The notes beneath the pieces are model-generated. The model saw only the letters and a list, made by a program, of their open reading frames with translations. It was not told where the DNA came from and ran no database searches. Positions 1-8,162 of a stretch of DNA of 64,000 nt are shown piece by piece. The position numbers were made by a program, and so were the translations under genes. Each line of letters begins with the position of its first letter. Within the stretch, counting starts at the first letter, position 1. The DNA comes from a bacterium (GTDB lineage: Bacteria; RBG-13-61-14; DATKZS01), in contig CAXXFL010000007.1 of the NCBI GenBank assembly GCA_963674965.2, forward strand, positions 832,001 to 896,000, in the 5' to 3' direction.

Positions 1-56
1 CAGTACATATGAGCCGATAAGAACCTCGCCATATTGGCGGTGAAAGGATTACGGTC

Positions 57-653
57 ATGGCCCGGGTAAAAGGAACTATTATTTTGGACTTTGTAAAAAC
101 CATCAAGGCGGATAAAAGCGGAGCCTATGACGGTTTTCTTAACGAGGAAGACTGGAAAGTTATCAACCAGCGCGTACTCCCAAGTAATTGGTATCCATAC
201 GAGACTTTCGAGCGGCTCTTCGGCGCCGTGGTCAAGGTCCTGGCCGGCGGCGACATGCATACCGTCCGGCAATGGGGCCGCATCTACGGCGAGGCCATCG
301 TGACGGGCGTCTACCGGGGGATCATCAAGGAAGGCGAGCCGATGGAGAGCCTGCGCAAGTACGGGACTTACATCCGCAACCTTTTCGACACCGGCGAGCT
401 CGTCATCCAGCCCATCACCGCAAACGAGGCCGTGCTGACGGCCCGGGGTTTCGATCCCAATTTCGAGCCTCACTATCACATGATGATGGGATGGATCGAG
501 AGGTCCCTCGAGCTTTGCGGGGCCCAGGACATCAAGATGGATTTCGTTTCCAAGTCCTGGCTCGGGGACAAGGAGACGAAATTCAGCGTCCGCTGGCGTG
601 AGCTTCCCGCCTTCGTGCCGCCCACCAAGGGCATGGTCAAGGAAAAAGGCTGA
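57..653 (+). CDS. Hypothetical protein, DUF2378/TIGR02265-like (H-NOX/V4R-like ligand-binding fold)
   Basis: 198-aa ORF with an AAGGA RBS. N-terminal VKG, internal WYP and the C-terminal GW...LEL.GA pattern are recalled from this family. Confidence 0.55.
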   Translation: MARVKGTIILDFVKTIKADKSGAYDGFLNEEDWKVINQRVLPSNWYPYETFERLFGAVVKVLAGGDMHTVRQWGRIYGEAIVTGVYRGIIKEGEPMESLRKYGTYIRNLFDTGELVIQPITANEAVLTARGFDPNFEPHYHMMMGWIERSLELCGAQDIKMDFVSKSWLGDKETKFSVRWRELPAFVPPTKGMVKEKG

Positions 654-674
654 TCCGATCGCCTGAGGCAATGC

Positions 675-712
675 GCCTCTCCCGGTCTCGGGGCCGGGAG
701 AGGCTTTTTTTT
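675..712 (+). terminator. Rho-independent terminator
   Basis: Perfect 11-bp stem GCCTCTCCCGG/CCGGGAGAGGC followed by a T8 run, directly after the first ORF. Confidence 0.85.
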
Positions 713-2483
713 ATCGGCGGGGAATGATGGGCAGCACTATCCGCGACGGGTGGTCCGGGTCGTGATAGATGACCTGGTTGGCCTCGACGGCGCGGGTGGC
801 TCCGGGGACCGGCTCGCCGGTGTTGAGGTTCCGGTTAAACCGCGGGAAGTTGCTGCTCGAGACCTCGACCCTTATCTTGTGGCCCGCCATAAAAAGGTTC
901 GAGGTCGCCCACAAGTCGATCTCGTACTCCTCGATCTCACCCGGCGTAACCGGGGTGGGGCTTTCCGGGTCGTTGTCCCTGAACATGGCCCGGACCACGC
1001 CGTCCTGGATATTGATGGGCCGGCCATCGGGATGAACGTCCACCAGCTTGACCGTGAAGTCCGTGTCCAGGGCGCTGGTCTTGGCGTAGATGACGGCCTT
1101 GATCGGTCCCGTCACCTCGACGTCCCTCGAGAGCATGGGCGTGGTATAGCAGAGCACGTCCGAGCGCTTTTCCGCCTTGCGCTGGTCGTAGGCCCCCAGG
1201 TTGAGGCCCAGGTTGTTTCCGCCGTAGGTGGGGACCGGGTCGAGCGGGTCGTAGATGAACACGTCGGGGGTCTCCTGGGTCTCGGGCGGCTCCTCGCTCA
1301 AGAGCCCGTCTCCCTCGCCGGTGTTGGCGTGTCCGTCCGAGCGGAAGTAAAAATCCGTGTACTTCGTCCGCTCGAGGGGCCACTCCTTCTCGTCTCGCCA
1401 CACGTTCTCGCCCATCACGAAAATCCTGACCCGGGGCCAACTCGGCACGTCGTTCTCGATGCCCTTCAGATGATAATCGAACCATGACAGCACGTGGGCG
1501 GGGCCGAGCGCGTTCTTTTGCCTGGCCTCCTTGCCGTACTCCATGACTCCGTCCTTGCCGTGGCCCCAGGGGCCGACGATCAATATCGAGTCCCTGGCCT
1601 TGCCCTGGCCCTGGGAGACGATCTTCCGAAAGTCGGAAAGCTGCGGGCCCAGGAACATGTCGTACCAGCCCGCCACGAAGACCGCGGGGGCCGAGACCTG
1701 GGAGTAGCGGTCCTCGAAGTTTACCGATTCGTACACCTTCATTATCTCCGCGGGATCGAGGGCCTGGTTGAAATACTCGACGTCCCGGCCCACCTTGTCG
1801 TCGGCCTGGTCCAGGGGAAGGGTCTTGGCGTAATGGTCGAGCCGCTGGAGCTTCATGGCCACGAGGGGATTGAACCTTCGGCCTCCCATCATGACCGACC
1901 AGAAGTAGACGGTTTGAAGGTGGAGCTCGCCTCCCGTGTACATGACCTCCCGAAGGTCAGGGCTGGTCACGGCCAGGTGCATGGCCCCTATCTCCTGGCC
2001 CGGCGCCGAGAACCACTGGGTCGTGCCCAGGTAAGACCCGCCGTACGTGCCCAGGCGGCCGTCGAACCACGGCCGCTCGCGAATCCAGTTCATGGTCTCG
2101 ACCCCGTCGGGACCGTCATGGATAAAGGGATAGAATTCTCCCTCCGACTTGAACCTGCCCCGGACGTCCTGCTTGACCACTATATACCCGCGCCTCACCA
2201 GAAGGTTGACGGTTTTATCGTAGCCGGAAATGCCCTTGCCGTAGGGGGTCCTTATCAGGATGACGGGGGCCTGGTCCAGGCCCACCGGAGAATAAACGTC
2301 CGCGGCCAGGCGGACCCCGTCGCTCATGGGGATCATCACGTTGGACTGTTTCTTGACCAGGTACTCGGGCTTTCTAAGACGCGGCTTCTTGCTCTTTAAC
2401 TTGAACTTGGCGCAGGAGCCGGACGCCATGGCGACAATGACGAGCAAGAGGGCCGCGTTCCGAAGGCGTTTATTTTGGATCAT
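711..2483 (-). CDS. CocE/NonD family serine hydrolase (peptidase S15-like), probable lipoprotein
   Basis: Motifs MSDGVRLAADVY, RTPYGK, QDVRGRFKSEG, nucleophile GGSYLG, GWYD, GPWGH and SSNFPRFNRN. Hydrophobic N-terminus ends in Cys. Confidence 0.9.
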   Translation of the reverse strand: MIQNKRLRNAALLLVIVAMASGSCAKFKLKSKKPRLRKPEYLVKKQSNVMIPMSDGVRLAADVYSPVGLDQAPVILIRTPYGKGISGYDKTVNLLVRRGYIVVKQDVRGRFKSEGEFYPFIHDGPDGVETMNWIRERPWFDGRLGTYGGSYLGTTQWFSAPGQEIGAMHLAVTSPDLREVMYTGGELHLQTVYFWSVMMGGRRFNPLVAMKLQRLDHYAKTLPLDQADDKVGRDVEYFNQALDPAEIMKVYESVNFEDRYSQVSAPAVFVAGWYDMFLGPQLSDFRKIVSQGQGKARDSILIVGPWGHGKDGVMEYGKEARQKNALGPAHVLSWFDYHLKGIENDVPSWPRVRIFVMGENVWRDEKEWPLERTKYTDFYFRSDGHANTGEGDGLLSEEPPETQETPDVFIYDPLDPVPTYGGNNLGLNLGAYDQRKAEKRSDVLCYTTPMLSRDVEVTGPIKAVIYAKTSALDTDFTVKLVDVHPDGRPINIQDGVVRAMFRDNDPESPTPVTPGEIEEYEIDLWATSNLFMAGHKIRVEVSSSNFPRFNRNLNTGEPVPGATRAVEANQVIYHDPDHPSRIVLPIIPRR

Positions 2484-2526
2484 TCATGTCTCCCCGGCCG
2501 AATTTTCGGCTGTTGGTAATCAGTCG

Positions 2527-2555
2527 ATTATCGAAGGCCAGTCCCCCGATGTCAA
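2527..2555 (-). promoter_or_regulatory. Sigma-70 promoter for the CocE/NonD gene
   Basis: Minus strand TTGACA-N17-GATAAT, about 45 nt upstream of the start. Confidence 0.7.
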
Positions 2556-2597
2556 GAAGAAACCGTCGGGGCGCCGGATCAGGAAACCGACGCCCCG
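2553..2597 (-). terminator. Probable terminator ending the GRE operon
   Basis: Minus-strand 11-bp stem CGGGGCGTCGG/CCGGCGCCCCG (one G-U pair) followed by a T-rich tract. Confidence 0.5.
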
Positions 2598-2622
2598 CTT
2601 AAGCGCTCGATATCCTTACCGA

Positions 2623-3288
2623 TCAGTCCTCCTTGGTCCAGGTCCCTCCCGACTCGATCCGTTTCTTGATGTTGATTACCACGGTCGGCAGGTCCTTCGA
2701 GGTCAGGTAGTTCTGCACCATGCTCGGGACCTTGAGGCCAGTCTCGACCTTGGTGGCCGCGTAGGTGATAAGGGTCTTCTTCTCGTCGACCTTCTCGAAA
2801 TGGAAATAGCCGGCCGTGTCCTTCAGGTCGTGGGGGTAAGAAGGGTCCATCTCGAAATCGACCCGGTGGTTTTTCTCGTCCTTCACGTACTTGACCGTGT
2901 ACTCGATGGTTATAAGCGAGAAGTCGAACTCCTTGTGCACCCAGGAAACTTCCCCCTCCGTCTTGACCACGTCGCTTTTGGTCTTGCGGGGAAAATAAAG
3001 CTGGTGCTTGTCGTACTGGCAGAAAATCTTGAAGGCCTCGTCAATGGGCGCGTCGATCAAGGCCGACGACTGGCCGTGGCCGTGAAGCTTGCCGTCCTCC
3101 CCCTTCTCCTCGACGTGCTCGTAGATGGCCTCGCCGGCCAGGAGCTTTTCCTTTTGCTCGGGCGTGAAGCGGGCGAGAGGCGACTCCTCGGCCGCGGCCC
3201 CCGCCTCTTTTTCCGCGTCGCCTGGGCGCGCCATAAGGGGCAGGGCCAGTGCCAACAGTAACGCAAGCAGTATAGATTTAATCTTCAT
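2623..3288 (-). CDS. SRPBCC/START (polyketide cyclase-like) domain protein with signal peptide
   Basis: Sec-type signal MKIKSILLALLLALALPLMA. Pattern IDAPIDEAFKIF..YD...YFP and a C-terminal helix typical of the Bet v1/START fold. Confidence 0.7.
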   Translation of the reverse strand: MKIKSILLALLLALALPLMARPGDAEKEAGAAAEESPLARFTPEQKEKLLAGEAIYEHVEEKGEDGKLHGHGQSSALIDAPIDEAFKIFCQYDKHQLYFPRKTKSDVVKTEGEVSWVHKEFDFSLITIEYTVKYVKDEKNHRVDFEMDPSYPHDLKDTAGYFHFEKVDEKKTLITYAATKVETGLKVPSMVQNYLTSKDLPTVVINIKKRIESGGTWTKED

Positions 3289-3315
3289 CTTTGTCCTCCT
3301 TGGGCGAAGGGCGGC

Positions 3316-4518
3316 TTACAGATGCTCCGCCGCCTTGACCATCAACGTTTCGTTGGTCCCGTCCATTATCTTAAGAAGGTAGGCGTCGCGGGCGAACTTT
3401 TCAACGGGATACTCCTTGGAGATGCCGTATCCGCCCAGGACCTGGACCATCTCGGCCGTGTGTTTGGCCGCCATCTCCGTGGCGAAGACCTTGGCCGCCA
3501 GGCTGGTCTTGAGGTCGCCGGGAAAATTCTTGGTCGCGAGCCAGCTCCCTTTATAAAGGAAGGTCCGCGAGGCCTCGATGGCCTGGTGGCACTCGAAGAG
3601 CTTCTTGGCGATGAGCTGGTGCTTGAAGATGGGGGCCCCCCATTGGACGCGGTTCTTCGAGTGCTCGAGGGCGTACTCGAAGGCCCCCCTCATCAGCCCG
3701 ACGGCGATGTAGCCCACGCCCAGGTTGCCCACCGTGATAATCGAGTTGTGCAGCATGGGATAGAGCTCGCCGGGAGGGAAGATCATCCACTCCTCGGGGA
3801 CCTCGACCTCGTCGAAGAAAACGGCCGACTGGTTGAGCGCCCGAAGCCCGATCTTGTCGATGGACCTGCCGGTTGTGAGGCCGGGGGTATCGGCCGGAAG
3901 CACGAAGGCGCCCGAGCCCTTGATCCCCAGCGACGGGTCCACGCAGCCGAACACGATGTAAGAGTCGGCTATCCCGCCGTTGGAAACGAAGTCGGACTTG
4001 GTACCGGTCAGATAAAATTTCCCGTCCTTTTTCCTGGCGTCCGTGTGGTGGCGCACGTTTTTGTCGTAATAGTTTTTCCCGTCCGAGCCCACCTCGGGCT
4101 CGCTGCTGCACCAGGCGGAAATCTTTTTCCCCGTCGAGTCCTCGCAATAGGGGGTGACGAAGCGCTCCACCAGGTCCTTCCTGTCCGGGGCCAGGAAGGC
4201 CACGAGCTGGGGGACCACCGCGCCCGGTATGAGGGTCGAGACTACGCCGGGGGCCCACCTGGCCAATTCCTCCCACACCAGGCCGATGGTTTGGGGATCG
4301 AGGCCCAGCCCGCCCATGTGCTCGGGTATGGCCATCTTGTTAAAGCCCAGCTCGAAGGCCTGGCCGATGACGCCCCAGAAGCGGTCACTTTTAAATACCT
4401 GCTCGGGGCTGGCCATGAGGTCCAACTCGACCTCGGCCGGACCGGCCACTTCCTTTCCGAAGTCGTGGGCCGTGTCCATCATCAGTCGTTGAGTTTCGGT
4501 CGGTTCGAAGTCGATCAT
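3316..4518 (-). CDS. Acyl-CoA dehydrogenase family flavoprotein
   Basis: SEPEVGSD, GTKSDFVSNGG, KIGLRA, R.QWGAPIFKHQ, QVLGGYG...EYPVEKFARDA. Confidence 0.92.
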   Translation of the reverse strand: MIDFEPTETQRLMMDTAHDFGKEVAGPAEVELDLMASPEQVFKSDRFWGVIGQAFELGFNKMAIPEHMGGLGLDPQTIGLVWEELARWAPGVVSTLIPGAVVPQLVAFLAPDRKDLVERFVTPYCEDSTGKKISAWCSSEPEVGSDGKNYYDKNVRHHTDARKKDGKFYLTGTKSDFVSNGGIADSYIVFGCVDPSLGIKGSGAFVLPADTPGLTTGRSIDKIGLRALNQSAVFFDEVEVPEEWMIFPPGELYPMLHNSIITVGNLGVGYIAVGLMRGAFEYALEHSKNRVQWGAPIFKHQLIAKKLFECHQAIEASRTFLYKGSWLATKNFPGDLKTSLAAKVFATEMAAKHTAEMVQVLGGYGISKEYPVEKFARDAYLLKIMDGTNETLMVKAAEHL

Positions 4519-4533
4519 TTCACGCTCCAGTCA

Positions 4534-5298
4534 TTATCCGGTGAAGAAGTCGGTGATCTTGAAGTAATAAGGAAGATAGGAGTCGGCGTCCACTTCCTTT
4601 ATCACCGAGCCGGGCCTCATAACGTTGTCGCTCTCGAGGTAGAAGGCCACGTTGACCTTTTCGATCTCGATCTCGGCCCAGGGGTCGTCCTCCGATTCCC
4701 GGAGGGATATCTCGGCGCTCCCTATTTCCAGGCTCTTCATGTCGATGTCCGTCTTTTGCCGGCAAAGCAGGACGGGACCGTCGAAGCCGGGCTGAAGGTC
4801 TATGCGGGGCATGGCCTTGAACAGGAAGTTGGGGCCCGTGTCCGGCATGGCGGGCAGGCTTCCCGACAGGTCGGCCTTGATCTCGACGAACCTTACGCCG
4901 TGCCTCTCGACCCAGCCGCGGACCTTGTTCCCGTTCTTCTCCAGCCCGATGGACGCCATCTTCTTGGGATACCCGAAGATGTCGCGGCCGTTGTACAGGC
5001 GGCTCTCGAGGCTGTCGATGGGCATGGCCAGGCAGTAGCTTCCGCCCTCGTCACCGTACTTGCACCGCAAAAACAACGCGGCCTCCCGATAGCCCGGACC
5101 CAGGTTGGTCTCGGGATACCGGGCGATGAACATCATGCCCGCGGGCGCGTCCGCCGGCTCGAGCGGCGGCGGCAGAAGCCGCTTGACTATCTCCGGCCTG
5201 GTCTCGAACATGACTCCCAGCATGTTCGCGCCAATGAACTTCCTGTCCCCGAACCCGTAATAGGCGTCAAGCTCCTCTTTCGTCTTTGTAAAACCCAT
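4534..5298 (-). CDS. Acetoacetate decarboxylase-like superfamily protein
   Basis: LLPPPLEP, YREAALF and the Schiff-base lysine motif GRDIFGYPKK. Confidence 0.85.
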   Translation of the reverse strand: MGFTKTKEELDAYYGFGDRKFIGANMLGVMFETRPEIVKRLLPPPLEPADAPAGMMFIARYPETNLGPGYREAALFLRCKYGDEGGSYCLAMPIDSLESRLYNGRDIFGYPKKMASIGLEKNGNKVRGWVERHGVRFVEIKADLSGSLPAMPDTGPNFLFKAMPRIDLQPGFDGPVLLCRQKTDIDMKSLEIGSAEISLRESEDDPWAEIEIEKVNVAFYLESDNVMRPGSVIKEVDADSYLPYYFKITDFFTG

Positions 5299-5356
5299 TT
5301 AAAACCTCCCTCTCGGCCCGGCGGAAATTCTTTCTCTTAGGGCCGCTCGATAATTT

Positions 5357-7162
5357 CTATGAAAACCTCTTGAATATCCCCATCCGGCTCGACTGGGCGA
5401 ACAGCACCGCCCGCTCCAGGAAAGTCGGAGAAATCCTGTATACCGTTGCTCCCAGCTTGCCCACCGGCGTCATGATGAGCCGGGCTTTTCTTTTGAGGAG
5501 CATGTTCACGATCTGGTCGGCGGCCTGGGCCTGGCCGTGGTGGGCCGGCCGGTCGGGAAGCACGAGCGAGCCGTCCGCCGCCAGAATCCTCTTTTCCGGG
5601 TCATGCTCGGTAAACCCGAGATAGACGATGCCCACGTGCATGCCCTTTGGCAGGAGCTCGAGGCGAAGGGACTCGGTGAGTCCGGTCAGGGCCTTCTTGG
5701 TGGCGCAGTAAACCGACGCCCCCGGCAGTCCGAATATCCCGGCTATACTGGAGATGAAAACCAGGTGTCCCTTTGCCTCGGCCAGGTGGGAGATGGCCGC
5801 CTTGGACACGTTGACGCACCCGTCGTAATTCGTGCGCCCCACCCTCTGGCAGACCTCGGGCGACAGCTCGATAAAGTGGCCGCGCATGGACACGCCCGCG
5901 TTGTTGATAACCACGTCCAGCCGTCCATAGTTCGATATGGCCGTCTCCACCATGGCGGCGGCGTCCTTGTAATCTCCCACGTCCCCGGTGACCGCGACCA
6001 CGTCCCGTCCCAGCCTTTTCAGCTTTTGCTTCGAGTCCTCAAGGCGTTCCCGACCCCGGGCCGTCATCACCACCCTGGCCCCCCGCAGGGAGAGGGCGCG
6101 GGCCGCGGCAAAGCCGACTCCCCTGCTGGCGCCCGTTACCAGGGCGACCTTGCCCTTGAAATAATCCGTCCCGGAAAACTCGAGGTGTCCATACTCCAGC
6201 AGGGACTTGACCGACTCCTCGATGGCCGTCTCCACCGGGGCGTGCGTCATGCCCAACTCCTTCATGGCCTTGCCCGAGTCGTAATAGGTCCCCATCGCGG
6301 CCAGTTTGGCCATTACGCGGTTGAGCACGGCCTTTTTGCCCGAGACCTTCTCGTAGGCCGAGGCCGCCTCCCCGGCCAGCCGGAGCGCGGGGGCCGGCAT
6401 GATCCGGCTGGGCGCGGCCGTTCCCACCACCTTGGCCACGCGGGTGAAGAAGTCCATGTAAGTCAGGTTGTGGCCGCCCAGGATATAGGTCTCGCCCTTC
6501 CTTCCTTTTTCCCACGCCGCGAAAGCCGCCTTGCTCACGTCCGGCGCGTAGGCGAAGTTCCTTCCCCCCGGCGAGGTCACGGTCAGGCCCTTAACGATGA
6601 ACTGCCTTATCAGCTCGCCTCCGCTGGGCCTCGAGTCGTAGGGCCCGAGCAGGAAAGTGGGCGTCACGATCACCGCGTCCAGGTCCTTTTCCCGAACGGC
6701 CTTCCTGACCAGCTCGGCCGCCTTGTGTTTGGACTCCATGTAGGCCACGCCCTTGTATCCCTCGGGAAACCCCGAGGTCTCGCCGGCCGGTTTCTCGATG
6801 GAGCCAGGCTCGAAGGAACTGGCCGAGCCCACGAAAACCAGCCGGCCCGCGCCGGCGGCCAGGCAGGAATCCACTACCCTCTCGGTGGCCTCCAGATTGA
6901 CCTTCCAGGTTATCTCGGGCGAGGCCCACATGTCGGTGATGGCGGCGCAGTGGAAGACACCGTCGCATCCGTTCATAAGGCCGGCCAGGTCCAGCCCGCC
7001 GTCCAGCAGGTTGCCCTCGAGGCGCTCCATGGGCAGGCCCTCCAGGGTGGGCGTTTTAATTCCCGGCAGGATCAGCGCCTTAACCTCGTGTCCCGCCCCT
7101 AAAACGTCGCGGACGAGGTTCGACCCGAGCAGGCCGTCCGCTCCCGTAATGAAAAATTTCAA
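5357..7162 (-). CDS. Fusion of extended SDR (NAD-dependent epimerase/dehydratase) and classical SDR
   Basis: N-domain TGADGLLG, HCAA, YMESK. C-domain TGASRGVG, NNAG, SSIAG, YCATK. TTG start with AGGAGG RBS. Confidence 0.88.
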   Translation of the reverse strand: MKFFITGADGLLGSNLVRDVLGAGHEVKALILPGIKTPTLEGLPMERLEGNLLDGGLDLAGLMNGCDGVFHCAAITDMWASPEITWKVNLEATERVVDSCLAAGAGRLVFVGSASSFEPGSIEKPAGETSGFPEGYKGVAYMESKHKAAELVRKAVREKDLDAVIVTPTFLLGPYDSRPSGGELIRQFIVKGLTVTSPGGRNFAYAPDVSKAAFAAWEKGRKGETYILGGHNLTYMDFFTRVAKVVGTAAPSRIMPAPALRLAGEAASAYEKVSGKKAVLNRVMAKLAAMGTYYDSGKAMKELGMTHAPVETAIEESVKSLLEYGHLEFSGTDYFKGKVALVTGASRGVGFAAARALSLRGARVVMTARGRERLEDSKQKLKRLGRDVVAVTGDVGDYKDAAAMVETAISNYGRLDVVINNAGVSMRGHFIELSPEVCQRVGRTNYDGCVNVSKAAISHLAEAKGHLVFISSIAGIFGLPGASVYCATKKALTGLTESLRLELLPKGMHVGIVYLGFTEHDPEKRILAADGSLVLPDRPAHHGQAQAADQIVNMLLKRKARLIMTPVGKLGATVYRISPTFLERAVLFAQSSRMGIFKRFS

Positions 7163-7208
7163 TTGTCCTCCTTCTCTTCTTTTGGCCGACGCGATATTTC
7201 CGGACGTC

Positions 7209-8117
7209 TCATCCGTGGATTACGACGGGAAAACCGCGATCCATAAAAATCGACTCGATCCTTTTCAGGTCATCCTCCCCGAGCTTTCCCCTGTCCTCGA
7301 AGTCCCCCGACCTTCCAATCCGATCGTATTTTCCCCTGGCCCACGAGTGATAGGGCATCACGCGCGCGTCGCCCTTGTAGCCCGAGTCCGCCAGAAAGGC
7401 GGCCATGCCCTCGAGGTCCTCCGTCGAGTCGTTATAGCCGGGCACCACGGGAAAACGCGGCATGATCCCGCCGCTTCCTTTCAGGGCCAGGAGGGCCTTG
7501 AAGTTCTCGAGTATCAGAGAGTTTTCCACCCCCGTTCCTTCCTTGTGCCGGTCAGGATCGACGTGCTTCAAGTCGAACAGGACCACGTCCATGGCCTCGG
7601 CGATGGGCTTTGCCAACTCCTTTTTGAAGAACCCGCAGGTCTCGATGGCCAGGTGAACGCCCTTCTCACGGAGCGCCGCCGCCGAGGCCAGCATGAAGTC
7701 GGCCTGATAGGTCGGCTCGCCGCCGGTAAAGGTCACCCCCCCGCCGGAGCGCTTGAAAAACGGCTCGTCCAGCATGACTTGACTAACCAACTCCTCCACT
7801 TCCATCTCTTTGCCTATCTTCTCCAGGGCCCCGGTCGGACAGGCGCGGGCGCAAACGGCGCAGGACTCGCAAACGCTCCGGTCCCGCGCGAGTTTGCCAT
7901 CCACCATGCCGATGGCCGAGTTCGGGCAGACCTCGGCGCATTTGAGGCAGCCGGCGCATTTTTCCGCGTTATGCGACATCTCCGGCAATTCCCCCTGTCC
8001 CTCCGGGTTATGGCACCAGAAACACGAAAGAGGGCAACCCTTCAGGTAGACCGCCGTCCTTATTCCCGGCCCGTCGTAAATGGCGTACGACTGTATATCG
8101 AAGACGATGCCTTTCAT
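7209..8117 (-). CDS. Glycyl-radical enzyme activating enzyme (radical SAM)
   Basis: DGPGIRT, CPLSCFWCHNPE (CX3CX2C), two CX2CX2CX3C ferredoxin-like motifs, GGVTFTGGEP. Confidence 0.95.
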   Translation of the reverse strand: MKGIVFDIQSYAIYDGPGIRTAVYLKGCPLSCFWCHNPEGQGELPEMSHNAEKCAGCLKCAEVCPNSAIGMVDGKLARDRSVCESCAVCARACPTGALEKIGKEMEVEELVSQVMLDEPFFKRSGGGVTFTGGEPTYQADFMLASAAALREKGVHLAIETCGFFKKELAKPIAEAMDVVLFDLKHVDPDRHKEGTGVENSLILENFKALLALKGSGGIMPRFPVVPGYNDSTEDLEGMAAFLADSGYKGDARVMPYHSWARGKYDRIGRSGDFEDRGKLGEDDLKRIESIFMDRGFPVVIHG

Positions 8118-8162
8118 AAATCCGCCCTCCCTCCAGCGGGGAAGGCTTACCCCAAATGAGTC

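Noticed and set aside
3322-5340. Long antisense ORFs (also 5537-7102, 25366-27330, 32979-34841, 47014-48807 and others)
   Set aside because: Shadow frames of high-GC genes on the opposite strand, with no motifs or RBS.
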